Assembly: GCA_902806405.1 (NCBI GenBank)
Contig: CADCWL010000035.1
Location: 18,928 to 82,927 of the forward strand
Source of the DNA: an uncultured Thermomicrobiales bacterium
GTDB taxonomy: Bacteria; Chloroflexota; Chloroflexia; Thermomicrobiales; UBA6265
DNA length: 64,000 bases
Reading direction: 5' to 3'
A program made the translations under genes and the position numbers. The notes below the pieces were generated by a model, which made no database searches, was not told where the DNA came from, and saw nothing but the letters and a program-made list of their open reading frames with translations. Shown here piece by piece: positions 42,646 to 57,365 of this stretch (position 1 is its first letter; every line of letters starts with the position of its first letter).

Positions 42646-44757
42646 CTAGTCGCGCCGCGCCTTGGCCAGGAACTCCTCGGCGAGGTTGTTCGGCAGCGGT
42701 GCGTAGTGGTCGAACTGCATGGAGTAGGTGGCCCGGCCCTGCGTCGCCGAGCGGAGATCGGTGGAGTAACCGAACATGGCAGCCAGCGGCACGGTCGCCT
42801 TCACGATCTGCGCGCCAGCCCGCATCTCCATCCCCTGGATCTGACCGCGGCGCGAGTTCAGGTCGCCGATGACGTCGCCCATGAAATCGTCCGGGGTTAC
42901 GACCTCGACCGCCATCACCGGCTCCAGGATCACCGAGCGGCCGCGTCGGATCGCGTCCTTGAGCGCCAGCGAGCCGGCGATCTTGAAGGCCATCTCCGAG
43001 GAGTCGACGTCGTGGTAGGAGCCATCGACCAGCGTCGCTCGCAGGTCGACAATCGGGAAGCCGGCCTGGCCCCCGGTCAGCATCGACTCCCGGATCCCTT
43101 GGTCGATCGGGGCGATGTATTCCCGCGGGACGGAGCCGCCGACCACCTTGTCGACGAATTCGTAGCCGACACCCCGCTCTTGGGGCGCGAACTCGACGAT
43201 CGCGTGGCCGTACTGACCCTTGCCGCCGGACTGGCGAACGTGCCGCCCCTCGGCCCGGACGGGGACCGTGATTGTCTCCTTGTAGGCGACTTGCGGCCGG
43301 CCCACGTTGGCGTCAACCCGAAACTCGCGCATCATCCGGTCGACGATAACCTCGAGGTGGAGCTCTCCCATCCCCTCGATCACCGTCTGCCCGGTCTCCT
43401 CGTCGGTCCGCATTCGGAAGGTCGGGTCCTCCTCCGCGAGACGGCCGAGGGCGGCGCCCATCTTGTCCTGGTCGGCACGCGTCTTCGGCTCGATCGAGAC
43501 GGAGATGACCGGCTCTGGGAAGGTGATCGTCTCCAGGATGACCGGCTTGGCCGGGTCGCAGAGCGTATCGCCGGTGAAGGTCGTCTTCAGCCCGATAACG
43601 GCCGCGATGTCGCCAGCGCTGACCGACGAAATCTCTTCCCGGTGGTTGGAATGCATTTGGAGCAGCCGACCAACCCGCTCCCGCTCCCCCTTGGTGGAGT
43701 TCAGAGCGTAGCTGCCAGCATCCAGCTTGCCGGAGTAGACCCGGATGTAGGCAAGCTTGCCGACGTGGGGGTCGACCGCGATCTTGAAGGCGAGTGCCGA
43801 GAAGGGCTGACCGGCCTCGACGCTCCGCTCCACTTCCTCGCCGGACCGGGGCTCGATCCCCGTCACCGGCGGCACGTCGAGCGGCGACGGTAGGTACTCG
43901 ACGATCGCGTCAAGCATTAGCTGGACGCCCTTGTTCTTCAGCGCGCTTCCGCAGAGGATCGGCACCAGTTGGCCGCCGACGGTCGCCCGCCGCAGGCCCG
44001 GGCGAAGCTCCTCCTCGGTCAGCTCTTCGCCTTCGAGGTAACGGAGCGTCAAATCCTCATCCGTCTCCGCGATCGCCTCGATCATCTGGGCCCGCGCCGC
44101 CTGCGACTGCTCCAGCATGTTCGCAGGGATCTCGGTCTCCTCGATGTTCTGCCCCATCTCGTCATGGAAGATGTACGCCTTCTGCGCCATCAGGTCGACG
44201 ATCCCGAGGAAGTCCGACTCCGCGCCGATCGGCAGCTGGATCGGGACCGGCTTCGCCTTCAATCGGTCGACGATCATGTCAATCGTGCGCTGGTAGGAGG
44301 CACCGACGCGGTCCATCTTGTTGACGAAGCAGATCCTGGGGACGCCGTACTTGTCAGCCTGCCGCCAGACGTTCTCCGACTGCGGCTCGACGCCGGCAAC
44401 CGCGTCGAAGACGACCACACCACCGTCGAGGACGCGAAGCGACCGCTCGACCTCGACCGTGAAGTCGACGTGGCCGGGGGTGTCGATGATGTTGATCCGA
44501 TGGCCGTTCCAAGCGCAGGTGGTCGCGGCCGCCGTGATGGTGATCCCGCGCTCTCGCTCCTGGACCATCCAGTCCATGGTCGCGGCGCCCTCGTGCACCT
44601 CGCCGGGGCGGTGGACCCGTCCCGTGTAGTAGAGGATGCGCTCGGTCGTCGTCGTCTTGCCGGCGTCGATGTGGGCAACGATGCCGATATTCCGGGTCTT
44701 CGCCAAGACGTTCCCGACGTCCCCGGTAATCGGCCTGGTAGCGGCAGCGGTGCTCAT
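42646..44757 (-). CDS. fusA: Elongation factor G
   Basis: [25 protein letters not shown]...[25 protein letters not shown]...NKMDR. 703 aa. Confidence 0.98.
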   Translation of the reverse strand: MSTAAATRPITGDVGNVLAKTRNIGIVAHIDAGKTTTTERILYYTGRVHRPGEVHEGAATMDWMVQERERGITITAAATTCAWNGHRINIIDTPGHVDFTVEVERSLRVLDGGVVVFDAVAGVEPQSENVWRQADKYGVPRICFVNKMDRVGASYQRTIDMIVDRLKAKPVPIQLPIGAESDFLGIVDLMAQKAYIFHDEMGQNIEETEIPANMLEQSQAARAQMIEAIAETDEDLTLRYLEGEELTEEELRPGLRRATVGGQLVPILCGSALKNKGVQLMLDAIVEYLPSPLDVPPVTGIEPRSGEEVERSVEAGQPFSALAFKIAVDPHVGKLAYIRVYSGKLDAGSYALNSTKGERERVGRLLQMHSNHREEISSVSAGDIAAVIGLKTTFTGDTLCDPAKPVILETITFPEPVISVSIEPKTRADQDKMGAALGRLAEEDPTFRMRTDEETGQTVIEGMGELHLEVIVDRMMREFRVDANVGRPQVAYKETITVPVRAEGRHVRQSGGKGQYGHAIVEFAPQERGVGYEFVDKVVGGSVPREYIAPIDQGIRESMLTGGQAGFPIVDLRATLVDGSYHDVDSSEMAFKIAGSLALKDAIRRGRSVILEPVMAVEVVTPDDFMGDVIGDLNSRRGQIQGMEMRAGAQIVKATVPLAAMFGYSTDLRSATQGRATYSMQFDHYAPLPNNLAEEFLAKARRD

Positions 44758-44773
44758 GGCTTTCCTTGTCGAG

Positions 44774-44884
44774 CGATCAGCTATCAGCGTGGAGCGGTCA
44801 GCTATCGGAGGGGTCGTCGCGTCTCGACAACGACACTATCAACGGCCAGCATGGAGCTGATAGCTCATAGCCAATAGCTGACGG
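44774..44884 (-). repeat. Four copies (two direct, two inverted) of an AGCTATCAG-type core in the rpsG-fusA spacer
   Basis: Plus-strand cores: CAGCTATCAG 44778-44787, GTCAGCTATCGG 44797-44808, GAGCTGATAGCTC 44854-44866, AATAGCTGAC 44873-44882. 44779-44788 is perfectly complementary to 44856-44865 (10 bp), and 44797-44805 to 44874-44882 (9 bp). These two pairings cross each other. Confidence 0.7.
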
Positions 44885-44889
44885 CCCAT

Positions 44890-45363
44890 CTAGAACCGTC
44901 CGTAATGCGAGAAGGCTTTATTGGCCTCGGCCATGCGGTGGACGTCCTCCCGCCGCTTGATCGTGGCCCCCGTGTTGTTGAACGCGTCGAGGAGCTCGTT
45001 TGCGAGCTTCTCCTCCATTGTCTTGCCGTTCCGACCGCGCGAGGAAGCCAGCAGCCATCGCATCGCCAGCGACTGCCGGCGGTTCCCCTCGATCTGCACC
45101 GGCACCTGGTAGGTCGCGCCGCCGACGCGCCGCGGTTTCACTTCGACCACCGGCGTCGCGTTGTAGAGCGCCTGCTCGAAGACTTCGAGCGGCTCCCGTC
45201 CCGTCCGCGTCTGGATCGTGTCCATCGCACCGTAGACGATCCGCTCGGCGAGGCCCTTCTTGCCGCGCTGCATCACCTTATTGATGAAGCGGGCCACCGT
45301 TTCGCTGTTGTACCGCGCGTCCGGCACCAGGATCCGGCGCTGGACCTTCGCTCGCCTCGGCAT
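44890..45363 (-). CDS. rpsG: 30S ribosomal protein S7
   Basis: MPRRAKVQRRILVPDARYNSETVARFINKVMQRGKKGLAERIVY...VEVKPRRVGGATYQVPV. The listed ORF is over-extended to 45528. Confidence 0.96.
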   Translation of the reverse strand: MPRRAKVQRRILVPDARYNSETVARFINKVMQRGKKGLAERIVYGAMDTIQTRTGREPLEVFEQALYNATPVVEVKPRRVGGATYQVPVQIEGNRRQSLAMRWLLASSRGRNGKTMEEKLANELLDAFNNTGATIKRREDVHRMAEANKAFSHYGRF

Positions 45364-45484
45364 CGCTCTCCTCCAACCGGTGAGAGGGAAGAAGGAACAC
45401 GGACGACGGGAGGACCATCGCGTCCCCACGTTCTCGCTCTCCTTCGCCCTTCCCCCTATGACTTCCGTTTCGTCCAAACACACG

Positions 45485-45520
45485 AAAAAGCGGTCAACGT
45501 CCATCGGACGTCCGGCCGCT
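45485..45520 (-). terminator. Terminator-like hairpin plus U5 inside the rpsL-rpsG spacer
   Basis: Minus-strand RNA is AGCGG-ccg-GACGUCC-gau-GGACGU-uga-CCGCU followed by UUUUU. It has 5 outer bp and 6 inner bp. Confidence 0.45.
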
Positions 45521-45602
45521 TCTCGCACCGTGTTCGATCAGTTCCGCCGGAGCGGCTGGCCCCAATCAGTCCCAGCGGCAACGCCGCGTGGGACAAAGAG
45601 CA

Positions 45603-46031
<429 letters not shown>

Positions 46032-46202
46032 GACCACTCCTACCCGGGCGGGAGGCTTCCGAACCGTGCTCTGCATCCGTCGCCCTGCGCGACCGCAGCT
46101 GCGGCGCCACCTGCCTCGTGAGGTCCGTCTCGCGAGACGCCCCGCCAGCTGGCGGAACGCAACCTCACTCGTGCGCCCGATTCCCACCGGACACAAGAGC
46201 GG

Positions 46203-46231
46203 AGTATACGGTTAAGTTTCCCCTTCGTCAA
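46203..46231 (-). promoter_or_regulatory. Sigma-70-type promoter for rpsL-rpsG-fusA-tuf
   Basis: Minus strand reads TTGACG, a 17-nt spacer, then TATACT. It lies ~170 nt upstream of the rpsL GTG. Confidence 0.55.
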
Positions 46232-46262
46232 GCATCGATCGAATCGAGCGATCTAGCCCGCA

Positions 46263-46293
46263 ATGCGCACGGCGGATGGTCCTCCGTGCGCAT
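46263..46293 (-). other. Perfect 10-bp hairpin (11-nt loop) between rpoC and the rpsL promoter
   Basis: Plus strand: ATGCGCACGG-cggatggtcct-CCGTGCGCAT. Confidence 0.55.
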
Positions 46294-46301
46294 CCAGGTT
46301 C

Positions 46302-46353
46302 CCAAGCATGGAGGGGCCGGTGTTGCATGCGACACCGGCCCCTCCATGCTTGG
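46302..46353 (-). terminator. Perfect 22-bp inverted repeat beginning 10 nt after the rpoC stop (terminator or RNase III-type processing hairpin; no U tract)
   Basis: Plus strand: CCAAGCATGGAGGGGCCGGTGT-tgcatgcg-ACACCGGCCCCTCCATGCTTGG. Confidence 0.55.
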
Positions 46354-46363
46354 ATCGGATTCC

Positions 46364-50956
<4,593 letters not shown>

Positions 50957-51003
50957 TGTTCCTCCGGGACGAGTGGTCGGTAATTGCGCGGCAGTGGCCA
51001 GTA

Positions 51004-51073
51004 GGGAGCCAGCCCCGACCAGTGAGTGGGAGCCGGCAAAGGACAGCCAGCCATCTCTCTATGGGAGCCGGCT
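51004..51073 (-). repeat. Three direct copies of GGGAGCC(A/G)GC in the rpoB-rpoC spacer
   Basis: Plus strand: GGGAGCCAGCC 51004-51014, GGGAGCCGGCA 51028-51038, GGGAGCCGGCT 51063-51073. Confidence 0.6.
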
Positions 51074-51095
51074 ACCGGCTTCCGACAACTCCGCT

Positions 51096-54000
51096 CTAAT
51101 CGACCGTCCGCTCGAAGCCGCTCAAATTGATCCGATCCAGGTTGGAGAGGAGGTCGCGGGAGGTGTCCTCCGTGAAGTCCACCGTCTGCTCGTCCTCGTT
51201 GATGACATCGATCGAGAGTCCCAGGGAGCGGAGCTCCTTGACAAGGACCTTGAACGATTCCGGCACCCCGGCCTCGACGATCTCCTCGCCCTTGACGATC
51301 GCCTCGTACGTTTTGACGCGCCCGACCGTGTCATCCGACTTGACGGTCAGCATTTCCTGCAGGGTGTAGGCGGCGCCATAGGCCTCGAGCGCCCACACCT
51401 CCATCTCGCCAAAGCGCTGGCCGCCGAACTGGGCCTTGCCGCCCAACGGCTGCTGCGTCACCAGCGAGTAGGGCCCGGTCGAACGGGCGTGGATCTTGTC
51501 CTCGACGAGGTGGGCCAGCTTCAGCATGTAGATCATGCCGACCGTCACCGGCCTATCGAACTTCTCCCCGGTCCGCCCGTCGTAGAGGTCAACCTTGCCG
51601 TCGCGCGGGAGACCAGCCTCGCCCAGCGCGTTCCAAATCTCCTCTTCCTGCGCCCCATCGAAGACCGGCGTGGCAACCCGAAAACCGAGCCGCGACGCGG
51701 CCCAGCCGAGGTGCGTCTCGAGCACCTGGCCGAGGTTCATCCGGGACGGAACGCCGATCGGGTTGAGGATGATGTCGATCGGCTGCCCGTCCGGGAGATA
51801 CGGCATGTCCTCGATCGGCAGGATGCGGGAGATGACCCCCTTGTTGCCGTGCCGCCCGGCCATCTTGTCGCCCTCGGAGATCTTGCGCTTCTGGGCGATG
51901 CTGACCCGCACCATCTCGTTCACGCCGGCAGGCAGCTCGTGATCCGAGTTGTCGTCTCGGCGGAACTGCTTGACGTCGATGATCTTGCCGTGGACGCCGT
52001 GCGGCACCCGGAGCGAGGTGTCCTTCACCTCGCGCGCCTTCTCGCCGAAGATCGCCCGCAGCAGCCGCTCCTCGGCGCTCAACTCCGTCTCGCCCCGGGG
52101 CGTCACCTTCCCGACCAAGATGTCGTTCGGATTGACGTCGGCGCCGATTCGGATAATCCCGTTCTCGTCGAGGTTCGCTAGGCTCTCCTCGCCGACGTTT
52201 GGGATGTCGCGCGTGATCTCCTCGGGGCCGAGCTTGGTGTCCCGGGCCTCCGTCTCGTACTTCTCGATATGGACCGAGGTGAAGACATCGTCCCGCACCA
52301 GCCGCTCGCTGAGCAGGATTGCGTCCTCGAAGTTACCGCCCTCCCAGGGCATGAACGCCACCAGCACGTTCTGGCCGAGCGCCAACTCCCCATTCTCGGT
52401 CGACGACGAGTCTGCGATGATCTTGCCCGCCTCAACCCGCTCGCCCTGCCGAACGCTTGGTCGCTGGTTGATGCAGGTGTCCTGGTTGGAGCGGACGAAC
52501 TTGCGCAGGTTGTAGACGTGCTCGTCACCCTCGTCGTCGCGGATCGTGATCTGGTGTCCGCTGACGGCCGTCGCCACGCCGTCGTGCCGCGAGACCATCA
52601 CCTGACCCGAATCGCGGGCGGCTTGGTGCTCGACGCCGGTCCCGATGATCGGGGCTCTCGGGCGTAGCAGCGGTACCGCCTGGCGCTGCATGTTCGCGCC
52701 CATCAACGCCCGGTTCGCGTCGTCGTGCTCCAGGAACGGGATCAGGGCCGTCGCCACCGAGACGACCTGCTTCGGCGAGACGTCCATGTAGGCAACCTGC
52801 TCCGCCGGCACCACCGGGAAGCGGTGGCCACCGCTGATCCGGACCGTTACCTGCTCCGGGATCAGCCGACCCGACTCCTCGAGTGGCGTATTCGCCTGGG
52901 CGATCATCACCGACTCCTCCCGATCGGCCGAGAGGTAATCGATGATCTCCGAGGCGACCGGCTTGATCCGGATAGTCGTTACCCCAGCACCACGGATCGT
53001 CTCCGCGACCTCCTCCGTGATCTCCGTGCCGGCGGAGACGATCGTCTCCCCCGAACCCGGGTGGATCACGTCGTCGCGCAGCGCCTGCCCGACGAGCGGG
53101 AGCACCGGGTCGTCGACCAGCAACTGGGAGACGATTCGGCGGTACGGCGTCTCGATAAAGCCGTACTGGTTGATCTTGCCGTAGGTCGCGAGCGACCCGA
53201 TCAGACCGATGTTCGGTCCTTCGGGTGTCTCGATCGGACAGATCCGGCCGTAGTGCGACGGATGGACGTCGCGGACGTCGAACCCAGCCCGGTCCCGACT
53301 GAGGCCGCCGGGTCCGAGCGCCGAGAGACGCCGTTTGTGGGTCAGCTCGGCAAGCGGGTTGGTCTGGTCCATGAACTGGGACAGCTGGCTGCCACCGAAG
53401 AACTCGCGAACCGCCGCCATCACCGGCCGCGTCGTGCTAATCAGCCCGTTCGGCGTCACCGTCTCCGGATCCTGGATCGTCATCCGCTCCCGGATGCCCC
53501 GCTCCAGCCGCTGGAAGCCGGTCCGGACGTGCATCTGGATCAACTCGCCAACCGCCCGGACGCGCCGGTTACCGAGGTGATCGATGTCGTCCGGCTCGCT
53601 CTGGCCGTTGCAGAGGCGGATCATCTCGCGGATGATCGAGACTAGGTCGTCCTGGGTCAGGATCCGGCTCGTCGACGACTCCTCCCCGGAGCCACCGTTC
53701 CGGTGCAGCCGCCCGTTCAGCTTGTACCGGCCGACGCGCGCCAGGTCGTAGCGCCGCTCGTTGAAGAACAGGTTCTCCAGGAGCGACGTGGCGTTGTCGC
53801 GTGTGGGCGGGTCACCCGGCCGCAGGCGCCGGTAGAGTTCGATCAAGGCCTCTTCGCGGCTCTTGGTCGGCTCCTTGTCGAGTGTCGTCGCGATGAAGCG
53901 GCGATCCGGGTTGTTGTCGACGTCGGCGAACGCCTCGAGCAGTTGCTCGTCCGTCTCGATTCCAATCGCCCGGAGCAGGATCGTGACGGGCATCTTCCGC

Positions 54001-54671
54001 TTGCGGTCGACCTTGACCGAAAGGACGTCGCGGTTCGACGTCTCGAACTCCAACCAGGCGCCCCGGTTCGGGATCAGCTTGGCCGTGGAGAGGAGCTTGC
54101 CGGTCGCCGCGTCGGGAGTCCGCTCGAAGTAGACCCCGGGCGATCGGACGAGCTGGGAGACAACGACGCGCTCGGCGCCGTTGATGATGAAGGTCCCATC
54201 CGAGGTCATGATCGGGAAGTCGCCGAGGAAGATCCCGTCGGGACCCGTCTCCTTGATCTCGCCCGTCTCGCGCATCACGAGCCGCGCCCAGATCCGGAGC
54301 GGCGCCGCGTAAGTTATGTCCCGCTCGCGGCAGTAGGCCTCGGCGATCCGGGGGTCGACCTTGGCCCGCTCCTGCTCCTCCCCCTTCGGCAGCCGGGTCC
54401 ACGCCGGGTCGAAGCGGGAGTCGAGGAACGTGAGCTCCATCTTCTTGTGGTGGTCCGAGATCGGGGAGATCTCATCGAGCAGCTCCTTCAGCCCCTCGGC
54501 GAGGAACCAGTTGAACGACTCGATCTGCACCTGGACCAGATTCGGCATCTCCCAAACGGTCGGGATGCGGGAGAATGAGCGCCGGTTCACCCCTTGGTTC
54601 GAGATAACGCGCCGCTGCCGTGCCTCCGTCGCCTCATCGATCGCTCGCGTCCGCGTCGTCGCCGTTACCAC
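51096..54671 (-). CDS. rpoB: DNA-directed RNA polymerase subunit beta
   Basis: [119 protein letters not shown] start. Confidence 0.98.
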   Translation of the reverse strand: MVTATTRTRAIDEATEARQRRVISNQGVNRRSFSRIPTVWEMPNLVQVQIESFNWFLAEGLKELLDEISPISDHHKKMELTFLDSRFDPAWTRLPKGEEQERAKVDPRIAEAYCRERDITYAAPLRIWARLVMRETGEIKETGPDGIFLGDFPIMTSDGTFIINGAERVVVSQLVRSPGVYFERTPDAATGKLLSTAKLIPNRGAWLEFETSNRDVLSVKVDRKRKMPVTILLRAIGIETDEQLLEAFADVDNNPDRRFIATTLDKEPTKSREEALIELYRRLRPGDPPTRDNATSLLENLFFNERRYDLARVGRYKLNGRLHRNGGSGEESSTSRILTQDDLVSIIREMIRLCNGQSEPDDIDHLGNRRVRAVGELIQMHVRTGFQRLERGIRERMTIQDPETVTPNGLISTTRPVMAAVREFFGGSQLSQFMDQTNPLAELTHKRRLSALGPGGLSRDRAGFDVRDVHPSHYGRICPIETPEGPNIGLIGSLATYGKINQYGFIETPYRRIVSQLLVDDPVLPLVGQALRDDVIHPGSGETIVSAGTEITEEVAETIRGAGVTTIRIKPVASEIIDYLSADREESVMIAQANTPLEESGRLIPEQVTVRISGGHRFPVVPAEQVAYMDVSPKQVVSVATALIPFLEHDDANRALMGANMQRQAVPLLRPRAPIIGTGVEHQAARDSGQVMVSRHDGVATAVSGHQITIRDDEGDEHVYNLRKFVRSNQDTCINQRPSVRQGERVEAGKIIADSSSTENGELALGQNVLVAFMPWEGGNFEDAILLSERLVRDDVFTSVHIEKYETEARDTKLGPEEITRDIPNVGEESLANLDENGIIRIGADVNPNDILVGKVTPRGETELSAEERLLRAIFGEKAREVKDTSLRVPHGVHGKIIDVKQFRRDDNSDHELPAGVNEMVRVSIAQKRKISEGDKMAGRHGNKGVISRILPIEDMPYLPDGQPIDIILNPIGVPSRMNLGQVLETHLGWAASRLGFRVATPVFDGAQEEEIWNALGEAGLPRDGKVDLYDGRTGEKFDRPVTVGMIYMLKLAHLVEDKIHARSTGPYSLVTQQPLGGKAQFGGQRFGEMEVWALEAYGAAYTLQEMLTVKSDDTVGRVKTYEAIVKGEEIVEAGVPESFKVLVKELRSLGLSIDVINEDEQTVDFTEDTSRDLLSNLDRINLSGFERTVD

Positions 54672-54835
54672 GTACCAATACTCCCCTGCCGAAAACGCCG
54701 AATGCCGAGGCTTGTCCTAGTTGCCGGCCCGCTGACCGAGTCCCTTACGCACCGAACCCGCCGACCACCCGCAGTCCTGGCGATGCGATCGCCCGACGAC
54801 CCCGCTCAGTCGGCGGGAAAGCAGGTGAACACGCG

Positions 54836-54864
54836 AAAGAGGGAGGGTCGAAACCTTCCCTCCC
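54836..54864 (-). promoter_or_regulatory. Hairpin plus a weak U tract in the rpoB leader
   Basis: Minus-strand RNA is GGGAGGG-aagguuucga-CCCUCCC followed by UCUUUCG. It lies about 100 nt into a ~290-nt leader. Confidence 0.35.
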
Positions 54865-54971
54865 AGCCGCGTTTCGTTGTGTTCGCGCCGGCCCGCACGC
54901 GCCGCCCAGATGATGCCCGCCTCAGCGTTCGGCCCTCCCCGACACAAGCCAGGTTTGAACCGCGAAAGGAG

Positions 54972-55000
54972 ATAATACGCGCGCGGCGGCGTTCTGTCAA
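54972..55000 (-). promoter_or_regulatory. Near-consensus sigma-70-type promoter for rpoB-rpoC
   Basis: Minus strand reads TTGACA, a 17-nt spacer, then TATTAT. Confidence 0.6.
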
Positions 55001-55047
55001 CCTTTCTGGGGTCTTGCCCGTCGTCCGTCTCGACCCAGGACGGCCGG

Positions 55048-55078
55048 GGTGAGCAGTCCCGGCCGTCCCGAACAAACC
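55048..55078 (-). terminator. Perfect 11-bp GC hairpin directly after the ABC-operon stop codon
   Basis: Minus-strand RNA is GGACGGCCGGG-loop-CCCGGCCGUCC. There is no clear U tract. Confidence 0.45.
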
Positions 55079-55080
55079 AG

Positions 55081-56280
55081 CTACGAGGCCGGCGTCGCCA
55101 CCGGGGACGCCATTCCGGCGGCGGTCGGCGTCGCGTTCGACAACTCGTAGGCGCCGCAGTCCGCGAGGTACAGATACCGGGCGACCTCGGGGTCGTCGAT
55201 ATTGTCCCGCGTGACGATCGAGGATCCGGTCACCAGTTCCTTCGGGTTCGGTGCCACGCCGGAGGCGAGGAAATCGAAGATCAACTGCACGGCAATCTCG
55301 CCGATCTCGCCCGGGTGCTGGGCGATCAGGATGTCGACCACCTCGCTCCGAAGGTCTTGCACCTGGGTGGGCCCGGCATCGAAACCGACCACCCGGACCT
55401 CACCCTGCCGACCCTGCTCGCGGATCGCGGCCGCGGCGCCTTGCGCCGCGAACAGGTTCGTCCCAAAGATACCGACGAGATCGGGCTCGGCCTGGAGACG
55501 AGCGCTTGTCAGTTGCGCCGCAAGGTTCGGGTCGTTGTCCGAGAACTCCTGCCCCAGGTACTCGATGTTCGGGTAGCTCGCGATCTCTTCCCGAAAGCCC
55601 TGCTCACGTAGATCGGTGGTCGAGATGCCCGGCTTGACGTTGACGACGAAGACCTTGCCCTCGCCGCCGATCGCCTCCGCCAGTCCACGGGCCGCCAACC
55701 GGCCGCCCTCGACGTTGTCCGTGGCGACGTCGCCGATCTGGATATCGCTGTTGATCGTCGTATCAACGCAGAGGACAGGGATGCCGGCGTCGATTGCCGC
55801 CTGGATCGGCGCGATCATCGCCTGCGCGTTGTTCGGGGCGATCATGATGGCGTCGGGCCGGCTCTGCACGACGGCGTTCAGAATCGGCGTTTGAAGCGTT
55901 TCGTCGAACCGGTCGGGGCCCTGCGTGTCGACGCTAACCCCGAGGGCGGCCGCCTTCGCCTGCGCGCCGCAGTCCATCGTGATGTAGAAATTGTCGCCGA
56001 TTACGCCCTGGATGAAGGCGATCGAGAAGCCGCCCTGGCGGCGACCACTGCTCGCCCGGGCCACCCCCTGAAGCCTGCCGGCGCCGAGCAAGGAGAGGCC
56101 GACCCCGGCAGCGGCGCCGCCCTTGACCACGTCCCGGCGCGTCACCCGCCTGCAGATCGATCGCACTTCGCTCACGGTCTTCTCCCCCTCATCGACCGAC
56201 GACGGCCGCCGTTCCCCGTTCGTCCGGGGCACGCGAGAGTAGCAGCGCCGTATGGGCCGCGCAACCCGGGATGATCGCAC
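55081..56280 (-). CDS. Sugar ABC transporter substrate-binding protein (RbsB/periplasmic-binding-protein type I family)
   Basis: Twin-arginine/signal-like N-terminus (RRVTRRDVVKGGAAAGVGLSLLGAG). Type I PBP-like body (IAFIQGVIGDNFY..., VDTTINSD, VVGFDAGP). Start position uncertain. Confidence 0.8.
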   Translation of the reverse strand: MRSSRVARPIRRCYSRVPRTNGERRPSSVDEGEKTVSEVRSICRRVTRRDVVKGGAAAGVGLSLLGAGRLQGVARASSGRRQGGFSIAFIQGVIGDNFYITMDCGAQAKAAALGVSVDTQGPDRFDETLQTPILNAVVQSRPDAIMIAPNNAQAMIAPIQAAIDAGIPVLCVDTTINSDIQIGDVATDNVEGGRLAARGLAEAIGGEGKVFVVNVKPGISTTDLREQGFREEIASYPNIEYLGQEFSDNDPNLAAQLTSARLQAEPDLVGIFGTNLFAAQGAAAAIREQGRQGEVRVVGFDAGPTQVQDLRSEVVDILIAQHPGEIGEIAVQLIFDFLASGVAPNPKELVTGSSIVTRDNIDDPEVARYLYLADCGAYELSNATPTAAGMASPVATPAS

Positions 56281-56285
56281 CGTCG

Positions 56286-57365
56286 CTACATCCTCTCTTC
56301 CACCCGCCGCCGCCGTTGATCCAGGAAGACAGCGAGGATCAGGACGGCACCGATCGCGACATTCTGCCAGAAGGGCTGGACCCGGGAGATGACGAGGCCG
56401 GTCCGCAGCGCGGCAGGGATGAACGCCCCGATTACCGAGCCGCCGATCGTACCAAGACCGCCGAAGAGGCTGGTGCCGCCGATGACGGCGGCGGAGATGG
56501 CGGCGAGGTTGTCCGACTGGTGGGACCCGACCGACGCGGTGCCGAAGCGAAGCAGGTCGAACCCCCCGGCCACGCCCGCCAGCAAACCGCTCAGCCCGTA
56601 GACCTTGACCAGGTGCCGGTCGACATCGATTCCCACCCGCCGCGCCGCGGCGGCGTTTGAGCCAACGGCGTAGGTGTACCGCCCGAACCGGGTCCGGTTG
56701 AGAGCGACGGCCGCCAGGACGGCGACGACAAAGGCGATCAGCACCGGCGGGGTCAGCCGCAGCCGTTGGCCGCCGACCTCGAATGCGATCAACTCGCGAA
56801 GCCCGATCTCCTGCTGGACGGCGGGCGGCACATTGGGCACGTTCACCCCCCCCGAAAGGAGCTGGGCCAGCCCCAACGCGATGCCGAGGGTGCCGAGCGT
56901 GACGATGAACGACGGCATCTTCAGCCGGGTGATCAGCAGGCCGTTGGCGAGACCGCAGGTGAGCCCGGTTGCCACCCCGGCCGCGAGTCCGAGCGGGATC
57001 GCCGTCCCCTGGTTTGGGAACTGGTAGGCCTGCACCTCCGCCGGCTCGCCCGCGTACCGGACCATCACCTTGGCGGCGACCACTGCCGACAGGATCAGCA
57101 CCGACCCGACCGAGAGGTCGATCCCGGCCGTGATGATCACGAAGGTGACACCGACGGTCAGCAGCAGCAACTGCGCCGCGTCGACCGCGATGTTCTGGAA
57201 ATTCGCGGGGTTGAAGAAGCGTCCGCCGTTGATCGCTGAGAAGACGAGAACGACCCCTGCCAGGATCAGCAGCGTGAACGACCCGGAGAGCCGGGCGAGC
57301 ACGCCCGGCCTGACTGTCGGCTCGGGAGCAAGGCCAGAGATGGCATCGAGCGGTTCACCGGCCAC
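56286..57365 (-). CDS. Sugar ABC transporter permease (RbsC/branched-type family)
   Basis: About 9-10 hydrophobic segments. GIDLSVGSVL and GGTSLFGGLGTIGGSVIGAF are typical of monosaccharide ABC permeases. Confidence 0.85.
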   Translation of the reverse strand: MAGEPLDAISGLAPEPTVRPGVLARLSGSFTLLILAGVVLVFSAINGGRFFNPANFQNIAVDAAQLLLLTVGVTFVIITAGIDLSVGSVLILSAVVAAKVMVRYAGEPAEVQAYQFPNQGTAIPLGLAAGVATGLTCGLANGLLITRLKMPSFIVTLGTLGIALGLAQLLSGGVNVPNVPPAVQQEIGLRELIAFEVGGQRLRLTPPVLIAFVVAVLAAVALNRTRFGRYTYAVGSNAAAARRVGIDVDRHLVKVYGLSGLLAGVAGGFDLLRFGTASVGSHQSDNLAAISAAVIGGTSLFGGLGTIGGSVIGAFIPAALRTGLVISRVQPFWQNVAIGAVLILAVFLDQRRRRVEERM

